Virus record (IMG/VR): IMGVR_UViG_3300017764_000001
DNA: 64,000 nucleotides
Reading direction: 5' to 3' (one strand)
Source: a virus
Taxonomy: Duplodnaviria; Caudoviricetes
The translations under genes and the position numbers were made by a program. Below the pieces are notes generated by a model, which did not search any database, was not told the DNA's origin, and saw only the letters and a list, made by a program, of their open reading frames with translations. Shown piece after piece: positions 57,502 through 64,000 of the stretch (position 1 is the stretch's first letter; each line of letters begins with the position of its first letter).

Positions 57502-57687
57502 ATGGAGAAGGAAAGACTTAAACTGATAGTTAGAAATTTAGAACTATTGGTTGACTCTCTTAAAGCAGAAGTTTATTCTGATACTGATGCATATATTGAT
57601 AAGAGAGAAAATTTTGACGATCCTCCAGAATCTAAATATGGAGATTATGATGAAATTTTTAATGATGATGACGGTTACCCAGACTAA
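57502..57687 (+). CDS. Small acidic hypothetical protein
   Basis: MEKERLKLIVRNLELLVDSLKAEVYSD...; in frame with ORF track 57451..57687. Confidence 0.65.
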   Translation: MEKERLKLIVRNLELLVDSLKAEVYSDTDAYIDKRENFDDPPESKYGDYDEIFNDDDGYPD

Positions 57688-57693
57688 GGACTT

Positions 57694-58332
57694 ATGACAG
57701 TAAAACTTATTAGTATCACTCCTGATGCAGAGAAAATGATGGCATATGTTGCTCGTGTGAGCAACCCTTCAAATCAGGATAATGAAAAGTATTCTGGTCT
57801 TCTGAAGTATTGCATCAAGCACAATCACTGGAGTGTGTTTGAACAAAGTTTCATGACTCTGGAGATTGAAACTACAAGAGCAATCGCAGCTCAAATACTA
57901 CGCCATAGGAGTTTCACATATCAAGAGTTTTCCCAACGGTATGCTGATTCGTCTTTGCTAGGGTTTGACAAGATTCCTCTGCCTGAGATGCGTCGTCAAG
58001 ACACCAAGAATCGTCAAAACTCTATTGATGATCTTGATCCGTTTGTGGTTCAGAATTTAGAATTACAAATGCAAACTCTGTTTGATTCTGCCATGGCATT
58101 GTATCAGCAGATGTTGGATCGAGGAGTGGCAAAGGAATGTGCCAGAAATGTGCTTCCTCTCTGCACTCCTACTAAAATCTATATGACAGGATCGTGTCGC
58201 TCATGGATTCATTATATCAATCTGAGGTCTGCAAACGGCACTCAGAAGGAGCACATGGACGTTGCACTGGCATGTAAGGAAGTGTTCAAAGAGCAGTTCC
58301 CGTCTGTTTCAGAGGCACTGGAGTGGATCTAA
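57694..58332 (+). CDS. thyX: Flavin-dependent thymidylate synthase
   Basis: HWSVFE, QILRHRSFTYQEFSQRY and KECARNVLP motifs. Confidence 0.93.
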   Translation: MTVKLISITPDAEKMMAYVARVSNPSNQDNEKYSGLLKYCIKHNHWSVFEQSFMTLEIETTRAIAAQILRHRSFTYQEFSQRYADSSLLGFDKIPLPEMRRQDTKNRQNSIDDLDPFVVQNLELQMQTLFDSAMALYQQMLDRGVAKECARNVLPLCTPTKIYMTGSCRSWIHYINLRSANGTQKEHMDVALACKEVFKEQFPSVSEALEWI

Positions 58333-58356
58333 ATACGTTATATTGAATTCATAGCA

Positions 58357-58602
58357 ATGGCAACATACCCTGTAAAACATAAAGAGACTGGTGAAACGAA
58401 AGATGTTGTAATGAGCATTCATGACTGGGATCAGTGGAGAGAAGACAATCCTGAATGGGAAAGATACTATACTCCTGAAAACTCACCATCTTTTGGCGAA
58501 GTTGGTGAATGGAAGGATAAACTTCGCAAGAAAAATCCTGGTTGGAATGATGTATTATCAAAAGTGAAAAAAATGCCCGGTTCAAATATAAACAAGATTT
58601 AG
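58357..58602 (+). CDS. Conserved cyanophage hypothetical protein
   Basis: ORF track; CTAAATA at 58329-58335. Confidence 0.7.
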   Translation: MATYPVKHKETGETKDVVMSIHDWDQWREDNPEWERYYTPENSPSFGEVGEWKDKLRKKNPGWNDVLSKVKKMPGSNINKI

Positions 58603-58603
58603 T

Positions 58604-59365
58604 ATGGCAAGAAGAAAAAGAAGTTCATCTGCAGAGCAACCCATTGGAGTTGGTCTTACTGCAAAACAGATGAAGCGTAAAAAACCATTGAGTCAAGAAT
58701 ATCTTGTAGATATTGAACCACTTTCTGATAATCAAAAAAGACTTTTTGATTCGTATAAAGATGGGAAGCACATTGTCGCCTATGGATGTGCCGGAACAGG
58801 TAAAACTTTTATTACTCTGTATAATGCACTAATGGATGTTCTTTCCGAGAACACCCCATATGAAAGAATCTACCTTGTACGTTCTCTTGTGGCAACTAGA
58901 GAAATTGGATTTCTCCCTGGTGACCATGAGGATAAGGCAGACATTTATCAGATTCCTTATAAGAATATGGTAAAGTACATGTTCCAGATGCCTAGTGATG
59001 CAGACTTTGAAATGCTTTATGGTAATCTCAAATCGCAAGATACAATTAAGTTCTGGAGCACATCATTTCTTCGTGGAACAACACTTGATAATTCTATTGT
59101 CATAGTTGATGAATTTCAGAATCTCAATTTTCATGAATTAGATTCCATTATCACTCGTGTCGGTGAAAATACCAAAATTTGTTTCTGTGGAGATGCACGT
59201 CAGTCTGATTTAACAAAATCAAATGACAGAAATGGTATTGTTGACTTCATGAACATCTTGAGAAAAATGGAATCTTTTGATATAATAGAGTTTGGTGTCG
59301 ATGATATTGTTCGATCTGGATTAGTCAAAGAATACATCATAGCAAAAATGGAAGCAGGTTTTTAA
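58604..59365 (+). CDS. phoH: PhoH-like ATPase
   Basis: GCAGTGKT Walker A, IGFLPG, FLRGTTL, IVDEFQN and GDARQSD motifs. Confidence 0.95.
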   Translation: MARRKRSSSAEQPIGVGLTAKQMKRKKPLSQEYLVDIEPLSDNQKRLFDSYKDGKHIVAYGCAGTGKTFITLYNALMDVLSENTPYERIYLVRSLVATREIGFLPGDHEDKADIYQIPYKNMVKYMFQMPSDADFEMLYGNLKSQDTIKFWSTSFLRGTTLDNSIVIVDEFQNLNFHELDSIITRVGENTKICFCGDARQSDLTKSNDRNGIVDFMNILRKMESFDIIEFGVDDIVRSGLVKEYIIAKMEAGF

Positions 59366-60045
59366 TGTTTAATCATGTTGATATTGGTCTCCCACAACTT
59401 GAAAGGGAGACTATTGATGGGGTAAGGTATTACTCTGTGCCTGATGAAGAAGAACTCCTCCGACTGGTCTCCATCACTTCGGTGACCAGTCATTTTAATA
59501 AGGAGATTTTTGTCAAGTGGCGTAAAAAAGTTGGTAATGAGGAAGCAGATCGTATCACGAAAAAGGCAACAAGTCGTGGTACGGACATGCACACTCTTAC
59601 TGAACATTTCCTAAAAAATGAAGATCTTCCGACTGTTCAACCTATTTCTGATTTTCTCTTTAAGATTTCAAAAACAGACTTAAACAAGATTGACAATATT
59701 CATGCTTTGGAAAGTTCCCTATATAGTAAACAACTTGGTATTGCCGGAACGGTTGATTGTATTGCCGAATATGAAGGCGAACTAGCAATAATTGATTTCA
59801 AAACATCCAAGAAACCGAAACCACGAGAGTGGATCGATAACTATTTTGTACAGTGCATGGCATATGGTTGTATGCTGTACGAACTGACAGGAATTTCTGT
59901 CAAAAAACTTGTAATTATTATGGCCTGCGAAAATGGAGAATGCGTCGTCTATGAAGAACGAGACAAATCAAAGTACATCAAACTTCTTACCCAATACATT
60001 AGAAAGTTTGTTGCAGATAAACTGGAACTCTATGGAACCAAATAA
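59365..60045 (+). CDS. PD-(D/E)xK exonuclease (exonuclease A/Cas4-like)
   Basis: SITSV, RGTDMH, AGTVDCI, IIDFKTS and QCMAY motifs. Confidence 0.85.
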   Translation: MFNHVDIGLPQLERETIDGVRYYSVPDEEELLRLVSITSVTSHFNKEIFVKWRKKVGNEEADRITKKATSRGTDMHTLTEHFLKNEDLPTVQPISDFLFKISKTDLNKIDNIHALESSLYSKQLGIAGTVDCIAEYEGELAIIDFKTSKKPKPREWIDNYFVQCMAYGCMLYELTGISVKKLVIIMACENGECVVYEERDKSKYIKLLTQYIRKFVADKLELYGTK

Positions 60046-60292
60046 GGAACTAGAAAAAGCAATCGAAAAGAAATTTTTAACTCCATCAAAATTTGCTCAA
60101 GAAATTGAGTCTATTGTTGCCACAGAAAAACTCAACTATATTGATGCAATAATATACTATTGTGAAATTAATGAACTTGAGATAGAATCTGTGACAAAGT
60201 TAGTGTCAAAACCACTGAAAGAAAAACTAAAGTGGGATGCGACTCAACTTAATTTTATGAAAAAAACTTCAAGAGCAAAACTTCCTTTATGA
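60032..60292 (+). CDS. gp33: Late promoter transcription co-activator gp33
   Basis: FAQEIE...NYIDAIIYYCE...LKEKLKWDATQLNF; synteny with gp59 and gp32. Confidence 0.85.
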   Translation: MEPNKELEKAIEKKFLTPSKFAQEIESIVATEKLNYIDAIIYYCEINELEIESVTKLVSKPLKEKLKWDATQLNFMKKTSRAKLPL

Positions 60293-60885
60293 CCGTGACT
60301 CCCTTTGAAACTTATCAACATTATTTGTCACTTAAAAATCACTTTACAAATCCAAAATATGACTTCTTTCGTTACGGTGCAAAAACACGAGCTACTGTAA
60401 CATCTTTTAATAAAAGGAAAGATAAGTATTGGTTTGAAAAAACCTCCCGAAAATATTCGGATCAAGAAGTTGTTCAATTTCTTGTATCTAATTTTATTTC
60501 TGCAGACAACCCACAAAACCTATGGATTGGAGAAATTATCAATTCTGGAGAAAGAAACTACGCCGAATGGATGAAACGACAGCAGAGTTTGAGTTACTTG
60601 TTCAAAGAACAAATGAACGAATTGTTATCGGAAAACGAATTAGAGAGTGTCTTCAACTGTTCCAAAGGACATCCACTAATTCTAAAAAAATATTTGGCAG
60701 GAGACGTGAGTATTGAAAATGTAGTTATCTGTGAAAAGATTTTTTCTTTTCGTGAAAAATTTGATAAAAAACTGGATGACCCCGTGTGGGAAACCGTCAG
60801 TCTAAAAATTAAAAAATATCTACCCTTTCTAAATATTGATGTGTTCCATTACAAAAAACTTCTAAGGAAAATTGTAAATGAGTGA
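60289..60885 (+). CDS. gp59: Helicase loader gp59
   Basis: YLSLKNHFT...YDFFRY...FNKRKDKYWFEK motifs; synteny. Confidence 0.85.
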   Translation: MTVTPFETYQHYLSLKNHFTNPKYDFFRYGAKTRATVTSFNKRKDKYWFEKTSRKYSDQEVVQFLVSNFISADNPQNLWIGEIINSGERNYAEWMKRQQSLSYLFKEQMNELLSENELESVFNCSKGHPLILKKYLAGDVSIENVVICEKIFSFREKFDKKLDDPVWETVSLKIKKYLPFLNIDVFHYKKLLRKIVNE

Positions 60886-61210
60886 ATTTTTTAATTCTGA
60901 AATTATTCAGGAAGAATTAACTAAAATCAATAGTCTTCAAGAAGCACTGTATTCTGATGCAGCATCTTTCGGGATGATGGATACTGAAGAAAAATTGGAA
61001 CATATTGATATGATGATTGAACTTCTTGAAAAACAACGAGTCATGTATGCAAGATTGTCACTTTCTGATGATCCTGCTGCCGTTGAAATGAGAGAAAACT
61101 TGAAAAAATCTGTGGTTCTGATGGGATTCCCACCAGGAACAGATATGAACGTCTTGTTCTCGACTATGGAACAAACTGTCCAATCCCTCAAGGACTATAT
61201 TGACGCCTGA
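60878..61210 (+). CDS. Hypothetical protein (DUF1825-like)
   Basis: FFNSEIIQEE...EKQRVMYARLSLSDDP. Confidence 0.7.
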   Translation: MSEFFNSEIIQEELTKINSLQEALYSDAASFGMMDTEEKLEHIDMMIELLEKQRVMYARLSLSDDPAAVEMRENLKKSVVLMGFPPGTDMNVLFSTMEQTVQSLKDYIDA

Positions 61211-61228
61211 GAGCAACCTTGCTATAAT
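61200..61228 (+). promoter_or_regulatory. Sigma70-type promoter for gp32 with extended -10
   Basis: TTGACG 61200-61205, 17-bp spacer, TGC-TATAAT 61220-61228. Confidence 0.75.
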
Positions 61229-61273
61229 ATCTAAGTCAACCAAATTAATCTAACAAAATCCGAGGTAATCCGA

Positions 61274-62197
61274 ATGTCTTTTGCTGATCTTAAAAAGCAA
61301 TCTAAACTTGGCTCCCTGACTGCCAAACTGGTCAAGGAAGTCGAAAAGATGAACACTACCAATACAGGTGATGAACGTCTCTGGAAACTGGACGTTGACA
61401 AAAGCGGCAATGGTTATGCCGTTATCCGTTTCCTCCCTGCTCCTAACGGTGAAGATCTGCCGTTTGTGAAGCTGTACTCCCATGCCTTCCAAGGTCCTGG
61501 TGGTTGGTACATTGAGAACTCTTTAACCACTCTTGGTCAGAAGGATCCCGTGTCCGAATACAACACCATGCTGTGGAACAATGGCACAGATCTTGGCAAG
61601 GAGACTGCACGTAAGCAGAAACGTAAACTGACCTACATCAGCAACATCTATGTGGTCAAGGATCCTGCCAATCCCGAGAATGAAGGTAAGGTCTTCCTGT
61701 ACAAGTATGGTAAGAAGATCTTTGACAAACTGACTGCAGCAATGCAACCTGAGTTTGAGGACGAGGAAGCAATCGATCCGTTCGACTTCTGGCAAGGTGC
61801 CAACTTCAAACTGAAGGCAAAGAACGTTGCCGGTTATCGCAACTATGACTCTTCTGAGTTTGCACGTCAAGATGCACTTCTTGATGACGATGACGCAATG
61901 GAAGCAATCTGGAAAGGTCAGTATTCTCTGCAGGAGTTTGTCGCAGCAGATCAGTTCAAGGACTATGATGCCCTGAAGAAGCGTCTGGACTATGTTCTTG
62001 GTAACAAGGGCACTCCTTCCTTCCAAGATCAGGAAACTGTCGAGGAAGAAGAGAACTTCCGTCGTGACAACCGTGGTGAAAACCTTGATGACCTAAGTGA
62101 GGGTCGTGGCAAGTCCTTTAACTCTCCCGACATCATGCCTTCAAGCACTGAAGATGATGACGATGCACTGAGTTACTTTGCTAAACTTGCCGAGTGA
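61274..62197 (+). CDS. gp32: Single-stranded DNA-binding protein gp32
   Basis: DKSGNGYAVIRFLP, WYIENSLTT, YKYGKKIFDK and GANFKLK motifs; acidic tail. Confidence 0.96.
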   Translation: MSFADLKKQSKLGSLTAKLVKEVEKMNTTNTGDERLWKLDVDKSGNGYAVIRFLPAPNGEDLPFVKLYSHAFQGPGGWYIENSLTTLGQKDPVSEYNTMLWNNGTDLGKETARKQKRKLTYISNIYVVKDPANPENEGKVFLYKYGKKIFDKLTAAMQPEFEDEEAIDPFDFWQGANFKLKAKNVAGYRNYDSSEFARQDALLDDDDAMEAIWKGQYSLQEFVAADQFKDYDALKKRLDYVLGNKGTPSFQDQETVEEEENFRRDNRGENLDDLSEGRGKSFNSPDIMPSSTEDDDDALSYFAKLAE

Positions 62198-62201
62198 TAT
62201 G

Positions 62202-62229
62202 AAAGGAGGGTTAATACCCTCCTTTTTTT
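62202..62229. terminator. Probably bidirectional terminator between gp32 and gp53
   Basis: AAGGAGGGT-TAAT-ACCCTCCTT with A run before and T run after. Confidence 0.85.
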
Positions 62230-62878
62230 ATGATATTCTAGTATTTTGTGTTCTAATCAAATTCTTATTAATATATTGAGATGAATTGTCATATGCCATC
62301 TCAGTTCTCATATCATTTAAGAACTGTTGTAAGTAAGATGGTCTTAAGATATAAATGGTTTCTTTCTTTTCATTTTCTTTCATTTCATAAACATAGTTAG
62401 AAATCGTAGTTGTAACATTTAATCTTTCAATATAAGTTGCTCCATTTTTAAATCTGATAGAAAAATCTTTATCAACAATTCGACCTTTTGGTAAAATTAA
62501 ATTGCCATCAGAATTTTTAACTTCTTTTGTTTCATAGTGATGAACATTATTAATATTTTCTAGTCCATATTTACTTACAGTATATTCATACAAGTCTTTA
62601 CTAGACAGTGGCCATTGATCTCTGACATTGATGATATTGGCAGAAAGTAAAACAACCCAATCTAAATCTGATTTGCCATAGATTTCTTCTGCGATTGTAT
62701 CAGGTCTTGCACCCTCTCTAATTTCGTATTTGTTAAAAATAGTAAAAATATTTTGAAGATCATCTCGAATCTTCATTCTACGGAAAATATTCTTTGCCTG
62801 AACATAACTAGAACTTGATATCCTAGTGGCAAATGGTGATTCATATTCTAAGTTTGGAAGTTCTCTAAAATAACTCAT
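62228..62878 (-). CDS. gp53: Baseplate wedge subunit gp53
   Basis: MSYFRELPN, RPDTIAEEIYG...DWVVLL..NI...QWP motifs; synteny. Confidence 0.85.
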   Translation of the reverse strand: MSYFRELPNLEYESPFATRISSSSYVQAKNIFRRMKIRDDLQNIFTIFNKYEIREGARPDTIAEEIYGKSDLDWVVLLSANIINVRDQWPLSSKDLYEYTVSKYGLENINNVHHYETKEVKNSDGNLILPKGRIVDKDFSIRFKNGATYIERLNVTTTISNYVYEMKENEKKETIYILRPSYLQQFLNDMRTEMAYDNSSQYINKNLIRTQNTRIS

Positions 62879-63753
62879 CAGAATCCTACTCCGTCTTCTT
62901 CTGTTAATTCATTATATTCTTCGGCATATACAGGGTTCAGTTCTTGGAATTGAAGTGAAAGTTGCATATGAACTGGTGTTGTATCATCATATGTCGCATA
63001 AGTTCCAGAACCGGTATAATTCACTGCCATATTCAATAATGCCATAGGTTTAAATTTATTCAAAAACTTATGATCGTTACTTCCTGTCTTATAAGCAAGT
63101 TGAAATACATCTGGAGATGCTATGAACAACCCTTCAGCTCCTACAGTTCCACTATTTTTGGCATTCATACTTCTTTTAAAAGTTCGTATAATATTTTTAA
63201 TCACTCTACTTTCATTTTTATTTCTAGGTGCCAAATCAAATTGAAAGTTAAAAGATCTCAAAGTCACATTATTAAATAACAATTCCATATTTGGATTCAA
63301 TACTTGTCCGGTTTGTCTTGAAATAACTCCCTGTGCATTGACGTTTGTAAATGCTCCAACTGCCTTTGCCGCAATAAATGAATTTCTTATTGTTCCGGGT
63401 ATATTCATTACATCTCCAGCGAAACTTGCTGCTTCAGTAGCAAGTCTTTTTGTTGCATCAATAATATTTCCATTGTCACCAATAACGCGTATTCCCGAAC
63501 CAATAGCTCTGGCGGCAAGTCCATTCAAACTATCATCACCCCAATTAACTGCATTGCTATCCTGAATATTTTCGGGAATTGGAAGAAAAATAGTTGCAAG
63601 TGGTGTTTCTATATTTGCTGCTAAAGCATCTGAAGATGTTGGTTGCTGAAATTGTGTTATAAATCCAGGCGCCTCATACTTTACGACTTTTATCTGCAAA
63701 TAGTCGGTGTCATCTGTTATCTGAGCTATTGGATATCTATATTCGTCAGCCAT
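62878..63753 (-). CDS. gp48: Baseplate tail-tube cap gp48
   Basis: NPNMELLFN...LRSFNFQF...IIRTFKRSM...P.VF.L.Y...L.FQE motifs; synteny with gp53. Confidence 0.8.
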   Translation of the reverse strand: MADEYRYPIAQITDDTDYLQIKVVKYEAPGFITQFQQPTSSDALAANIETPLATIFLPIPENIQDSNAVNWGDDSLNGLAARAIGSGIRVIGDNGNIIDATKRLATEAASFAGDVMNIPGTIRNSFIAAKAVGAFTNVNAQGVISRQTGQVLNPNMELLFNNVTLRSFNFQFDLAPRNKNESRVIKNIIRTFKRSMNAKNSGTVGAEGLFIASPDVFQLAYKTGSNDHKFLNKFKPMALLNMAVNYTGSGTYATYDDTTPVHMQLSLQFQELNPVYAEEYNELTEEDGVGF

Positions 63754-63769
63754 TATTGTTTTTAGCTAT

Positions 63770-64000
63770 TTATTGGAAATTGTTGGTTTTTTTACCAAAA
63801 GGTATTTCACGAACATCTGCAAGTTCATCTGGATAGATTTCATACAAGTTCCCTTGAAGTTCTTCCCATGTATATTGACGAACTTGTCCCCAGTGATAAT
63901 TAAACCCACGAAATCCCCAACGAAAAATGTCTGTCACCGCAACAAGAGGATTCTGATCATATTGTATGTTTGGTGTTTTAGGTATGTATATAAAAATATA
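63770..64000 (-). CDS. 3' part of a conserved hypothetical protein (gp2-like region), truncated at the window end
   Basis: Open frame YIPKTPNIQYDQNPLVAV...GFNYHWGQVRQYTWEE; minus-strand ATAAATA overlaps its stop (63767-63773). Confidence 0.55.
   Translation of the reverse strand, partial: YIFIYIPKTPNIQYDQNPLVAVTDIFRWGFRGFNYHWGQVRQYTWEELQGNLYEIYPDELADVREIPFGKKTNNFQ

Noticed and set aside
61250-62026. Minus-strand ORFs over gp32
   Set aside because: They are antisense shadows of a strongly expressed core gene.

Overview
A 64 kb segment of a large T4-like marine cyanomyovirus, probably infecting Synechococcus (psbA, psbD, purM, two hli). From left to right it holds: the end of a sugar-modification cluster (GT25-like, NAD-dependent epimerase, GT11); an hli/micro-ORF/psbA/psbD/purM auxiliary region; three very large fibre-like late genes (779, 2450 and 1235 aa); and a roughly 29.5 kb tandem array of 18 paralogues (P1-P18). 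Each paralogue ends in six Kelch-like repeats and an S[DN]xHGG tail. The array is interrupted in the middle by a coiled-coil/glycosyltransferase/Thr-rich/sulfotransferase cassette and is abutted by a convergent 2OG-oxygenase/radical-SAM/2OG-oxygenase operon. After that come glutaredoxin, a tandem glutamine-riboswitch-like locus with an NtcA-like box, and T4 core genes (thyX, phoH, exonuclease, gp33, gp59, gp32, gp53, gp48). The main finding is the internal organisation of the array: a fibre neck motif is intact in 6 genes and split into complementary halves in 6+6 genes, arranged as two 3+3+3 blocks with 9:9 C-terminal classes. This suggests a combinatorial, possibly enzymatically decorated, hetero-oligomeric virion adhesin system. 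All family calls come from motif recognition by eye; no searches were run.
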